Positions 27,434 through 37,443 of a DNA stretch of 64,000 bases are shown here, in pieces (the stretch's first letter is position 1; each line of letters starts with the position of its first letter). The position numbers and the translations under genes were made by a program. The DNA lies in contig CAYVAT010000004.1 in assembly GCA_964449165.1 (NCBI GenBank), forward strand, positions 91,317 through 155,316, given 5' to 3'. The notes beneath the pieces were generated by a model, which searched no databases, had not been told where the DNA came from, and saw nothing but the letters and a program-made list of their open reading frames with translations. This DNA is from an uncultured Eubacteriales bacterium (GTDB lineage Bacteria; Acidobacteriota; Aminicenantia; Aminicenantales; Aminicenantaceae).

Positions 27434-28225
27434 TTCTGTTTAAGAAAATAGGATTAGAGATAGGCTACCGCCGTCGGGATCTCACTCTACCTCTTTCTCA
27501 ATAACTTACCTATCAGAGGCAGTGCGTTCAAACTCTGAACAAGTATATCCAATTAGTTTCGGAAAAGTCAACCGGAGATTTTTAACGCGGATAAAGGAGC
27601 GGACGTTAAAGGCCCTTGAAAGGAGGCAGAGGGTTTGTATGTCAAGAAGGGAAAGGTTCAATAAATTCGATATTTGATGCTTTTTCGTTATGTTATGATA
27701 CCTATATAAAGCAGGCATAAAGATTGTCAAAACAACAATTCAACAATATGACAAAATAGATAGCACACATGAACAAGTTTAATATTAATAATACTGTCTA
27801 TCTACAGTAATTTACAGCAACGAAATAGATGACTGAAGTAGCCCCCAATTGGGGCCACTTCAATGAGCTAATATCCTTATTAAACCACACACTAAAATAA
27901 TGAACCCATGATACAGGAGATTTTTTATGTCGCGTTTCATTCCTGTTTTCCAATAGAAGAAATTGATAGTTAATGAAAGATAAAAGAAAAAGAATTAGTA
28001 AGCTACCGCTGTTAGAAAAATCAGCAAAACAGATCAAATTGGTCTATCTAAATGATAGTCAAAGCCAGACTAATACTTTGATATATATTCTCAATATCCC
28101 AGAGTAGGCTGGCTAATCTTAAACTTTTTTGATTATTTTGTCCGGGTGCCATTCCAATACTTGCCATTTCTCATTTATAGTAAAAATTTTTATTATTATG
28201 GACATATCCTTAGAAGCTTCTCCAT

Positions 28226-28639
28226 TTATAATAGATAGACAATTTTATCTTCCCTGATTTCACAGGCAACAGATGGAGGCACCTGCTTAATCTTCTCAGT
28301 CAGATGCATTCCTTTCTCTATGATGAAGCCTTTGTGGCGATCATGAAAGAGTTTATTTATGTATTGATAACGTCGATTTAAGTAATAGGTATAACCGCTG
28401 TTGATTCGACGAATAGTAGGGGTAAGGTTGTTTTTACATGTTTCCATGAGATAAGCTTCCAGATCAGGTAGATGGACATAACCATAAAATGTGAGTTTAC
28501 TTTTGATCCTTTGTTGTTTGAGAAGATTTATAAAATAGCTTTTGTCCTGATCATCTTTAAAGATTTCTCGGCTGTCATTTCCTTTGGAACTGACGCGATA
28601 AGCTAAATCTTTGCCCTCAATCCTTGGGTGTCGTGTCAT
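28226..28639 (-). mobile_element. Degenerate IS200-like/COG1943 (Y1 HuH transposase, REP-associated-type) remnant, 137 aa, probably inactive
   Basis: N-terminus MTRHPRIEGKDLAYRVSSKGNDSREIFKDDQDKSYF follows the PRIExxGAxYHVxxRGN consensus of this family; the region aligning to HuH reads YVHL (one His lost) and the GRYK catalytic-Tyr region reads DRHKG. Confidence 0.5.
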
Positions 28640-28877
28640 ATAGAAGATTCCTCGTTTCTTAAAGCAGTATTTTTGATACTTTAATCTAAAGGAATTTATT
28701 TGTCAAAGGCTAACATACCAGTGTTTCAGGGCAAAGTGGTGAGGCTTTTCTCTTCTCCAAATGTCAACTGAAAGATCTTTTTGAGTATGATCAGCATCAT
28801 TGAGGGCGAAGCGAAACAGCTTTGATGTATTGATTCTACAGGGAAGATGTGTTAAATTTTTTTCTGAAGCCACAGAA

Positions 28878-31052
28878 ATGATGGAAAAAAAGAGGATTTT
28901 CTTATTCTTCATTCTTTTCATCGTAATTCCTTTGTTGATAGGCAATATCCTGTTCTCCAGTGAAGCAGGTTTCTATTCTGAGGATCTAAACATAATTGCT
29001 CGTTATCAGCAGAAGACCGAAGATCACATTCTCGCGACAGGAAATGTTGAAGTCCACTACAGGAATATTAAGCTTTTTGCTGATAGGATAGAGCTCAACA
29101 CAAAAACCAAAGATGTTTATGCTGAAGGGAATGTCTCGATTCATTTTCCTGAGGAGGTAATAGATTGTGAGAGGGTTCACTTCAATTTAGATTCCTCTCG
29201 AGGAGAACTTAAAAAAGTTTATGGCAGGATTCAGCCATCTGTTTTTTATGAGGCAGATTCAATAGAAAGAAAGGATGCGAATCTTTACAATCTCCGAAAG
29301 GCAAAAATCACGTCTTGCAATCAGGCCGTTCCTCGTTGGAAATTTTCTTGCGCAGAGGCTAACTTCAAGAAAGATGATTATATCGAGATGAAGCACTCTG
29401 TATTATCCATCAAGAAAATACCTATCTTTTACTTTCCTTATCTGAGGTATCCCCTTAATAGAGAAAGGGCTACTGGATTTTTAATGCCTCAATTTGGTTA
29501 CTCAGGAGTAAAAGGCCTTTTTTATTCGCAGGGATTTTATCTGGCTCTAAAAAGAAACATGGATGCAACCTTTAACCTTGATTATTATTCTGGAAGAGGA
29601 TTCGGAGGCGGATTGCAGTATAGATATCTTTTTTCTTCTGGAACGGGAGGAGATCTGAGTGCGTATATTTTTAAATTTAAAGAAGACCCGGAGAGGGAAG
29701 ACCTCGATAAAGCCTATATTATCCGTTTTAACCACAACCAACCCCTTTTCTTAGGCTTTTCTCTTATAGCTAACATCGATTATCAAAGTTCTTTTGATTT
29801 TTTGAAAGAGTTTGACAATAATTTCAAGCGTGCCGTCGTTTCCAACCGTGCTTCAGTGGCCTATCTTTCGAGATCCTGGTCTAGTTGGAATCTAAGTGCC
29901 CGTGTGTCGAGGTTTGAAACATATTTTGCCGAAGCAAATACCTCGAGCATTAAGCATAATTTTCCTTATATAGCCCTTAACATTTCCCAGATGAAAATCT
30001 TCTCCCCTTTATACTTTTCTCTCTCTTCTGTCTTTGACCGCTGGGAATTTGGATGGGATTTCGAATATCGTGCCGGCACGCAGAGACACTCGCAGAGTTT
30101 AAATCTCAAGCCTGAACTGACTTTTCCCTTTACTACAATACCCTGGATGACTTTGAATTCTAGATTTGTGGCCAATTTTAATTATTATTTCAAAAGCTTT
30201 GAACCCGGGAGTGTTCGCTCTCCAGGACAGGGGAAACTTATTGACGAACCCCTATTAAGCACCAATTATTTGATCAACGTGGAACTTACTGGTCCTGTGT
30301 TTAACAAAGTGTTTTTCAGGGCTGATGGCAGTCCAAAATTGAAACATATCATCGAGCCAAATATTAGCTATATATATGATAGTCCGGTATCTGCTTCCGA
30401 TAGAATTATCACCCTCACTGGCTATTATTTTCGGTATCATCAGTTAACATACAGCCTGACAAACCGCTTTTTGATAAAACAGCACGATATGACGAGAGAA
30501 GTTTTCACCCTAGGGCTATCGCAGACTTTTTATCTTGCTCCCGAGGAGAGTCCTTTACAAATGTATAAAGATTTTTTTGAGGGAGATATCCCTCGATTTT
30601 CTGATATCGAAGGATATATGAGGTTTTACCCTTCTCATAAATACAGCATCGATATCTCAACTTCATTCAATCCTTATCAAAAGGTTTTTCCAAGTTTGCA
30701 CATGGCAGTTAACTTCGGCAGGTATGGAGATCCGTTGATGTGTAGCGTGAGCTGGTTTAAGGGAACTAATCCATATTATAAAGATAGAATTTATGATCGT
30801 CATCAGATCAATTTTACGGGGGGCATGAAAATCCGGAAGCTTAACCTAGAGGCTTTTACAGTACTTGATTTCAATATTCAGGAAAAAAAGATGCTCTACT
30901 CTCTTTTCAGTCTTGTTTACCATTATCAGTGCCTTGATTTTAAGGCTGACCTTAAGATATTCTATTTCCGTGAAAAACCAGAAACACAGTTCCGCATTTC
31001 ATTCGGACTGGGGAATATCGGCAAGACTACAGACCTCTTAGGAGGATATTGA
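28878..31052 (+). CDS. lptD: LPS-assembly outer membrane protein LptD (OstA)
   Basis: Signal peptide after MMEKKRIFLFFILFIVIPLLIG; OstA-like N-terminal domain (ATGNVEVHYRNIKLFADRIELNTKTKDVYAEGNVSI) and long beta-barrel C-terminal region; start set at ATG 28878. Confidence 0.8.
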   Translation: MMEKKRIFLFFILFIVIPLLIGNILFSSEAGFYSEDLNIIARYQQKTEDHILATGNVEVHYRNIKLFADRIELNTKTKDVYAEGNVSIHFPEEVIDCERVHFNLDSSRGELKKVYGRIQPSVFYEADSIERKDANLYNLRKAKITSCNQAVPRWKFSCAEANFKKDDYIEMKHSVLSIKKIPIFYFPYLRYPLNRERATGFLMPQFGYSGVKGLFYSQGFYLALKRNMDATFNLDYYSGRGFGGGLQYRYLFSSGTGGDLSAYIFKFKEDPEREDLDKAYIIRFNHNQPLFLGFSLIANIDYQSSFDFLKEFDNNFKRAVVSNRASVAYLSRSWSSWNLSARVSRFETYFAEANTSSIKHNFPYIALNISQMKIFSPLYFSLSSVFDRWEFGWDFEYRAGTQRHSQSLNLKPELTFPFTTIPWMTLNSRFVANFNYYFKSFEPGSVRSPGQGKLIDEPLLSTNYLINVELTGPVFNKVFFRADGSPKLKHIIEPNISYIYDSPVSASDRIITLTGYYFRYHQLTYSLTNRFLIKQHDMTREVFTLGLSQTFYLAPEESPLQMYKDFFEGDIPRFSDIEGYMRFYPSHKYSIDISTSFNPYQKVFPSLHMAVNFGRYGDPLMCSVSWFKGTNPYYKDRIYDRHQINFTGGMKIRKLNLEAFTVLDFNIQEKKMLYSLFSLVYHYQCLDFKADLKIFYFREKPETQFRISFGLGNIGKTTDLLGGY

Positions 31053-31171
31053 TAAGAACAACTGGAGATACCAAAGTTAATCAGTAAAGAAATAGCGAAG
31101 GGATAAGAAAGAGATAGCTGGGAGGCGGATTTTCCTAAGGTTTTTAGGTTTCGAGAGAGAGGAGTTTTGAG

Positions 31172-32236
31172 ATGAAAGGTTTGATACTGAGCGGAGGAAA
31201 AGGGACCAGACTTAGACCTTTGACTTTCACCCAGGCTAAGCAATTGGTTCCTGTAGCCAATAAACCAGTGCTCTTCTATGGCATAGAAGCTCTGAAAGAG
31301 GCTGGGATAAGAGAGATTGGCATCGTAGTCGGAGATACAAAGGATGAGATAAAAGAAGCGGTTGGAGAAGGCAGCCGTTGGGATATTCGTATTTCTTACA
31401 TCGAGCAGGAAGCTCCTCTGGGATTGGCCCATGCTGTTAAGATTTCAGAGGAATTTCTGGGAAAAGAGCCCTTCGTCATGTACCTGGGAGATAACATCCT
31501 CAAGAGCGGCATCAAATCCTTGGTGGAGGAGTTCGAGGGGAAGAGGCCCAATTCTCTGATTCTCTTGACTCCTGTGCCCAACGCCCAGATGTTTGGGGTG
31601 GCGGAGCTGAAGGATGGGAAAGTAGTGAGGCTTGTGGAGAAGCCCAAGGAACCCAAGAGCAACCTTGCTCTTGTGGGAGTGTATATGTTTGATGACAACA
31701 TCTTTGAGGCCGTCAATGCCATAAAGCCTTCCTGGCGCAGCGAGCTGGAAATCACCGATGCCATCCAGTATCTTGTTGATCACGGCTATAAGGTTCATCC
31801 CCATATTGTCACCGGCTGGTGGAAGGATACAGGTAAGATAGAGGATATCCTTGAGGCCAACCGGCTGATTTTGGAGTCCATCCAAGGGAAGATGGAAGGT
31901 GAGGTAGATGAGGCTTCCAAAATTAACGGACAGGTGATTGTGGAGAAGGGAACGCTCATCAAGCGCAGCATCATAAGAGGTCCTGCCATCATCGGGAAGA
32001 GCTGTGAGATTGTGGACTCATACATCGGGCCTTTCACTTCTATTCAGAAGGGTTGCAGAATCGTCAGGACCGAACTGGAGCATAGCATAGTGCTGGAAAG
32101 GAGTGAAATTCAGGATGTGGGAAGCCGAATCGATGAAAGTCTTATCGGGCGAGAGGTGAAAATATTCAAGTGCCCTCCAAAGCCGTCCGTCTTCCGTTTC
32201 ATGGTAGGTGACAAGAGTGAGATTGGCATCAAGTAA
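31172..32236 (+). CDS. rmlA: Sugar-1-phosphate nucleotidyltransferase, long-form glucose-1-phosphate thymidylyltransferase type (RmlA-like with C-terminal beta-helix)
   Basis: MKGLILSGGKGTRLRPLTFTQAKQLVPVANKPVLFYGIEAL signature; 354 aa with C-terminal LbH extension. Confidence 0.75.
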   Translation: MKGLILSGGKGTRLRPLTFTQAKQLVPVANKPVLFYGIEALKEAGIREIGIVVGDTKDEIKEAVGEGSRWDIRISYIEQEAPLGLAHAVKISEEFLGKEPFVMYLGDNILKSGIKSLVEEFEGKRPNSLILLTPVPNAQMFGVAELKDGKVVRLVEKPKEPKSNLALVGVYMFDDNIFEAVNAIKPSWRSELEITDAIQYLVDHGYKVHPHIVTGWWKDTGKIEDILEANRLILESIQGKMEGEVDEASKINGQVIVEKGTLIKRSIIRGPAIIGKSCEIVDSYIGPFTSIQKGCRIVRTELEHSIVLERSEIQDVGSRIDESLIGREVKIFKCPPKPSVFRFMVGDKSEIGIK

Positions 32237-32307
32237 AGGGGGTCAGACCTTCATAAGTTTCATAGTTTGAACGAAATTTGGCTTGAGTAGAGATAAAGGA
32301 GGTAGAG

Positions 32308-32763
32308 ATGATTGATGGTGTCAAGATTAAAAAACTCAAGGTGATACCTGATGAGAGGGGTCGGCTGATGGAGATTATGCGCGCAGATGACAGCCTGTTT
32401 TCCAGATTTGGTCAGGTCTACGTGTCTACCACTTACTCCGGTGTGGTCAAAGCATGGCACAAGCATATGAAGCAGACAGACAATGTGGCCTGTGTGTGTG
32501 GCATGATCAAATTGGCCCTTTATGATTCTCGAGAAGATTCACCCACCTTCAAGGAAGTGAACCAATTCTACCTGGGCATTCATAATCCCATGCTGGTCCA
32601 GATCCCTCCTGACATTTACCACGGGTGGATGTGTGTCAGTGAAGAGGAAGCGATAATCGTCAATATTCCCACAGAGGTTTATAATTACCAAGAGCCTGAT
32701 GAGCAGCGCCTCCACCCCCATCAGAACGATATTCCCTATGACTGGAGCAGAAAAGATGGCTGA
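32308..32763 (+). CDS. Short cupin-type dTDP-4-dehydrorhamnose 3,5-epimerase-related protein (RmlC-like)
   Basis: 151 aa cupin; KIKKLKVIPDERGRLMEI...GVVKAWHKH resembles short RmlC-like epimerases; 8-nt overlap with next gene. Confidence 0.6.
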   Translation: MIDGVKIKKLKVIPDERGRLMEIMRADDSLFSRFGQVYVSTTYSGVVKAWHKHMKQTDNVACVCGMIKLALYDSREDSPTFKEVNQFYLGIHNPMLVQIPPDIYHGWMCVSEEEAIIVNIPTEVYNYQEPDEQRLHPHQNDIPYDWSRKDG

Positions 32764-33796
32764 GGAGCGCAGGATAGATGGACTGAAGCTTCTGGTTACA
32801 GGAGGGGCCGGCTTTATCGGCAGTAATTTCATCCATTACATGCTGGATCAATATCCCCGGTGTCAAATCATCAACCTAGATAAGCTAACCTATGCGGGGA
32901 ATCTCGACAACTTAAAGGATATAGGAGATAATTCCCGTTATGAATTCATCCGTGGAGATATAAAAGACAGGGAGCTTGTCAGGAAGGTTTTCAGCAGGGT
33001 TCAGGGAGTGGTCCATTTTGCTGCAGAGACCCATGTGGACCGTTCCATCATGGATGCAGGAGAATTTGTGCTGACAGATGTGTTCGGGACCTTCGTCCTT
33101 CTGGAGGCTCTGCGGGACATTGGATCTGACATCCAGTTCTTTCTCCACATCTCCACAGATGAGGTTTATGGCAGTCGCGATAAAGGATATTTTAAAGAGG
33201 ATGACTCTCTTTCTCCTTCTTCCCCTTATGCAGCAAGCAAAGCCGGCGCTGACAGGCTTGTTTATTCTTATTGGGTCACCTATGGATTGCCCATCATCAT
33301 CCTCCGGCCCAGCAACAATTTCGGCCCCTACCAGTACCCTGAAAAATTCATTCCTCTTTTTGTTACCAACGCTCTGGAGGACAGAAGCCTTCCTCTTTAT
33401 GGGAAAGGAACCAATATTCGCGATTGGCTCTATGTCAAGGACAACTGTCGGGCGATTGATTTGGTAATGCGCAAGGGAAAATTAGGGGAGGCTTACAATG
33501 TCGGAGCCAATAACGAAGTACAGAATATAAAGATAGCCGAGAGAATCGTTGAGCTTTTGGGTAAGCCCAGGAGTCTAATCAAATTTGTACCCGATCGCCT
33601 GGGGCATGACAGGCGATACGCTCTGGACTGCCGCAAGATTCAAGCTTTAGGTTGGAAACCAAGGGCTCTTTTTGATGATGCCTTGGCTGAAACCGTACGC
33701 TGGTATGAGGGAAACCCGGATTGGTGGCAGAAAATCAAGGAAAAGAGTAAAGATTTTCAACGTTTCTACCAGACTTATTATAAGGATAGGAAATGA
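32756..33796 (+). CDS. rmlB: dTDP-glucose 4,6-dehydratase
   Basis: KLLVTGGAGFIGSNFIHYML, ISTDEVYGS, YAASKAGAD motifs; start chosen at ATG 32756 (the ORF-track start at 32699 adds 19 aa overlapping the upstream gene). Confidence 0.85.
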   Translation: MAEERRIDGLKLLVTGGAGFIGSNFIHYMLDQYPRCQIINLDKLTYAGNLDNLKDIGDNSRYEFIRGDIKDRELVRKVFSRVQGVVHFAAETHVDRSIMDAGEFVLTDVFGTFVLLEALRDIGSDIQFFLHISTDEVYGSRDKGYFKEDDSLSPSSPYAASKAGADRLVYSYWVTYGLPIIILRPSNNFGPYQYPEKFIPLFVTNALEDRSLPLYGKGTNIRDWLYVKDNCRAIDLVMRKGKLGEAYNVGANNEVQNIKIAERIVELLGKPRSLIKFVPDRLGHDRRYALDCRKIQALGWKPRALFDDALAETVRWYEGNPDWWQKIKEKSKDFQRFYQTYYKDRK

Positions 33797-33839
33797 GCTC
33801 AGGACGAAAACATGGGAACTTTTCCCTATCTGAGGAGGA

Positions 33840-34799
33840 TTGATGAGAGTTTTGATCACAGGAATAACCGGGTTTGCTGGCAGCCATCTTGCTGATTACA
33901 TACTGGCCAATCATCCTGACGCGGAGGTCTGTGGGATAATCCGCTGGCGGAGCCGGCGGGAGAACATCCTGCATATCGAGGAGAAAATTACTCTCTTTGA
34001 GGCGGATCTCAAGGATGTCATCTCTTTAAAGAAGAGCTTGGCTGAGATAAAACCGGACCGCATCTTTCATCTAGCAGCCCAGAGTTTTGTTCCCACCTCA
34101 TGGAAGTGTCCAGCCGAGACATTCACCATAAACGCTGTGGGTCAGATCAATCTGTTTGAGGCCATCCTCAGCCTAAAGCTAGATCCCAAAATTCATGTGG
34201 CGGGCTCCAGCGAAGAATATGGACTGGTTCAAAGCGAAGAACTTCCCATGAAGGAGACCAACCTCCTACGGCCTCTCAGTCCCTATGCTGTGAGTAAGGT
34301 CGCTCAGGATCTTTTGGCCTGGCAATATTTCAAAAGCTATGGCCTGAGGACAGTACGAACCAGAGGATTCAATCACACCGGCCCCCGCCGGGGAGAAGTC
34401 TTCATCTGTTCCAACTTCGCCAAACAGATAGCAGAAATAGAAAAAGGCAAGAGAGATTCTGTCATCCACGTGGGGAATTTGGAGGCCAGGAGGGATTTCA
34501 CCGATGTCCGCGATATTGTGCGCGGCTACTGGTTGTGTCTAGAAAAGGGCGAAGAAGGAGAAGTTTACAATATCGGCTCAGGCAAGACCCATACCATGCA
34601 GGCAGTTTTAGATATGCTCCTTTCTATGAGCAAAGTGAATGTCAAGGTCCAAATCGATTCCCGAAGGATCCGTCCTTCCGATGTTCCGGTGCTTCTGGCT
34701 GACTCCTCCAAATTCCGCAAACTCACCGGCTGGAAGCCGGAGATTCCCTTGCGTCAGTCACTCCAAGATCTGCTCGTCTACTGGAGGGAAAGAGCTTAG
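33840..34799 (+). CDS. Extended-SDR nucleotide-sugar 4-ketoreductase/epimerase (Gmd/Rmd-like), paralog A
   Basis: RVLITGITGFAGSHLADYIL, YAVSK, HTGPRRGEVFICSNFAKQIAEIEKG...RRDFTDVRD. Confidence 0.7.
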   Translation: MMRVLITGITGFAGSHLADYILANHPDAEVCGIIRWRSRRENILHIEEKITLFEADLKDVISLKKSLAEIKPDRIFHLAAQSFVPTSWKCPAETFTINAVGQINLFEAILSLKLDPKIHVAGSSEEYGLVQSEELPMKETNLLRPLSPYAVSKVAQDLLAWQYFKSYGLRTVRTRGFNHTGPRRGEVFICSNFAKQIAEIEKGKRDSVIHVGNLEARRDFTDVRDIVRGYWLCLEKGEEGEVYNIGSGKTHTMQAVLDMLLSMSKVNVKVQIDSRRIRPSDVPVLLADSSKFRKLTGWKPEIPLRQSLQDLLVYWRERA

Positions 34800-34801
34800 G
34801 T

Positions 34802-35770
34802 TTGAAGGTTAAAATTTTCATCACAGGAGCCACAGGGTTTGTGGGGACTCACCTCAGAAGAATACTCCCTTCGTCCCAATATGAGGTTTTTGGAACATCT
34901 TATCCTGTAGTGCCTCAGGAAGAGAAGGAAGCGAGTGGAGAGAAGATATTTTACCTAGATATGCGGTCAGAAAAGGATGTCCGTGACAGTCTAAAATCCA
35001 TCAAGCCGGATTGGATTTTTCATCTTGCAGCCGTATCCAACGTCAGACTCTCATGGGAGAAGAGGAAGGAAACGCTGGAAACAAACCTGATGGGAACTTT
35101 CTTTCTTCTAGAAGCTATGAGGCAGTTTGTACCCCAGGCGAGAGTCCTTTTTGTCAGCTCTTCAGATGTTTACGGAGTCTTGATCCCTGAAGAGAAGGCT
35201 TTGGGAGAAAAGGACGCTTTGCATGTGGTTAGCCCTTATACTTTCACTAAGATAACCGGTGAGATGTTGAGTGAATTCTACTCTCGGATCGAAAAGATAG
35301 ATGCGGTTATTGCCCGTTCTTTTTCCCATACAGGACCTGGACAGAGCCCTGACTTTGTTTGCTCCGATTGGGCATCACAGATTGCCCAAATCGAGGGAGG
35401 CCTCCTGGAGCCTGTAATCAGGGTAGGAAACGGCAACATTAGGAGAGATTTTATGGATGTCAGAGATGTGGTCAGGGCTTATCTCCTCCTTGTTGAGAAA
35501 GGGAGAAGCGGTGAAATCTACAATGTTTGTTCAGGGAAAGCCGTCAAACTCAAAGATATCTTGGATCTCCTTCTCTCACTCTCCGAAGAGAGAATTGCTG
35601 TTGAAGTGGATGAACAAAGATTGAGAAAGGTGGATATTCCACTCTTGTTAGGAGATAACAAGAAAATAAGGGAAGAGACTGGCTGGCAACCCGAGATACC
35701 ATTGCGCCAGACCCTCACTGACTTACTGAATTACTGGCGCCAGAGAGTTGTCAGGGTCAGACCTTCATAA
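34802..35770 (+). CDS. Extended-SDR nucleotide-sugar 4-ketoreductase/epimerase, paralog B (tandem duplicate of 33840-34799)
   Basis: KIFITGATGFVGTHL, YTFTK, HTGPGQSPDFVCSDWASQIAQIEGG...RRDFMDVRD; same architecture as the upstream gene. Confidence 0.7.
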   Translation: MKVKIFITGATGFVGTHLRRILPSSQYEVFGTSYPVVPQEEKEASGEKIFYLDMRSEKDVRDSLKSIKPDWIFHLAAVSNVRLSWEKRKETLETNLMGTFFLLEAMRQFVPQARVLFVSSSDVYGVLIPEEKALGEKDALHVVSPYTFTKITGEMLSEFYSRIEKIDAVIARSFSHTGPGQSPDFVCSDWASQIAQIEGGLLEPVIRVGNGNIRRDFMDVRDVVRAYLLLVEKGRSGEIYNVCSGKAVKLKDILDLLLSLSEERIAVEVDEQRLRKVDIPLLLGDNKKIREETGWQPEIPLRQTLTDLLNYWRQRVVRVRPS

Positions 35771-35799
35771 GTTTTATAATTTTTTTCTCGGCCCTGCGA

Positions 35800-37269
35800 T
35801 TAAATATCGAGTTCGAGCTGGCGTTCTTGAGCTAGTTTCCTTTCTTTTTCTATAGATTCCAGAATTTCCGGAGTCACATCACCAGTGGGATAAATACCGT
35901 CAAAGCAGGCTCCGCAGAAATTGGTGAGCTTCTTGTTGCCTAACTGGACAGCTTTTTTTAGGGACTCGAGAGTTTGATATATGACCTTGTCTGCACCAAT
36001 TTTTTTAGTTATCTGGTCAAGGTTCGCATTCCGGGCGATAAACTCGGTTTTGGTTTGCATGTCGATTCCGTAGACGCAGGGATATCTCAGAGGAGGAGAA
36101 TAGGCGGAGAAGTAAACCTTTTTTGCACCACAGTCACGGATCATTTGGATGATGGCCCTGGAGGTGTTTCCTCTGACAATGCTGTCGTCCACGAGCAGGA
36201 CATTCTTTCCTTCGAGTTCTGAGACGATAGGATTCAGCTTGTGACGGACAGAAGTCTTTCGCTCTTCGTCTGCTGGCATGATAAAGGTCCGGCCAATATA
36301 GCGGTTCTTTACCAGAGCTTCTCTATATTTTAAATTAAGCCTGCGAGCGATTTCTATGGCGGCGTCCCGCGCAGAATCAGGTACAGGAACAACGACGTCT
36401 ATCTTCAGGTTGTGTTTTTTTATCTCTTCCGCCAGAAAACGGCCCAGGTTGACCCGGCAATCGTAGACATTGACATTGTCGATGAAGGAATCGGGCCGGG
36501 CAAAATAGACCCATTCAAAAAGGCAGGGAGTATGGGGACAATTGGCGATCTTTCGGGTGTGAAGACCTCGATTCCTGTCGATGAAGAGGGCTTGGCCGGC
36601 TTTCACGTTTTTGATGTCGGAGAAATTCATGATATTGAGGGAGACGCTTTCGGAAGCTATGGCGTAGGAAGTTAAAAGCCCGTCCTCCCTCTTTCCGTAG
36701 ACAAGAGGTTTGATTCCATAGGGATCGCGGAATGCAACCATCCCTTGTCCGGCTATATAAGCAACAACGGAATAGCTTCCTCTGGCTTTTTTGAACACGC
36801 CTTCGACAGCTTTGAACACATGCCTGGGAGCTAAGTTTTTGGTTTTTTGCTCGGCCAGTTCCTGGGCGAACACATTGAGGATTGCTTCCAGATCACAGTC
36901 CGAGTTTAGGAGGCGGTGGTATTTTTCGAAGATGATTTTTCTGAGTTGGTCATAGTTGATGACATTGCCATTGTGGGCCATGATGATACCGAAGGGGGAA
37001 TTAACCAGAAAGGGTTGGGCATCTTCTCCTCTTCCGCCTCCCACGGTCGGGTAGCGGGTGTGGCCGATACCGATATTTCCCCTTAAACGGTGGAGATTTT
37101 CTGCGGTGAAGATGTCCCGAACCAGCCCATTTCCCTTTTTTATGTGAAAACGACCATCATAGGTAATGATTCCTGCGGCATCCTGACCCCGATGCTGTAC
37201 AGCCAACAGGCCTTGATAGAGGTCTTTGAAGGTGTCCTCGTTTCCCCAGATACCGATAACACCACACAT
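35800..37269 (-). CDS. purF: Amidophosphoribosyltransferase (glutamine PRPP amidotransferase)
   Basis: MCGVIGIWG Ntn-Cys start, GATase-II domain, PRTase motif VLLVDDSIVRGNT, C-terminal Cys cluster; start set at the MCG Met (37269) rather than 37287. Confidence 0.9.
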   Translation of the reverse strand: MCGVIGIWGNEDTFKDLYQGLLAVQHRGQDAAGIITYDGRFHIKKGNGLVRDIFTAENLHRLRGNIGIGHTRYPTVGGGRGEDAQPFLVNSPFGIIMAHNGNVINYDQLRKIIFEKYHRLLNSDCDLEAILNVFAQELAEQKTKNLAPRHVFKAVEGVFKKARGSYSVVAYIAGQGMVAFRDPYGIKPLVYGKREDGLLTSYAIASESVSLNIMNFSDIKNVKAGQALFIDRNRGLHTRKIANCPHTPCLFEWVYFARPDSFIDNVNVYDCRVNLGRFLAEEIKKHNLKIDVVVPVPDSARDAAIEIARRLNLKYREALVKNRYIGRTFIMPADEERKTSVRHKLNPIVSELEGKNVLLVDDSIVRGNTSRAIIQMIRDCGAKKVYFSAYSPPLRYPCVYGIDMQTKTEFIARNANLDQITKKIGADKVIYQTLESLKKAVQLGNKKLTNFCGACFDGIYPTGDVTPEILESIEKERKLAQERQLELDI

Positions 37270-37443
37270 TTCTCTCTCATGATTCATTATAATCGTTTTT
37301 TTCCTTTTATGAAAGGAGGTGATATGCCCTGTAAACTCTTTCTTTTCCTTGATGAGAGAGGATTATATATCCCTCATATTAGCTATCAAGGAAATGGAAG
37401 TGCTTCTATGTGTCCTTTATAAAAGCCTGAGGCCACCATAACC

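Noticed and set aside
27506-28037. Two small minus-strand ORFs (74 and 79 aa) in the AT-rich spacer
   Set aside because: No RBS, no motifs, hydrophobic/low-complexity translation expected from AT-rich DNA. Treated as non-coding.
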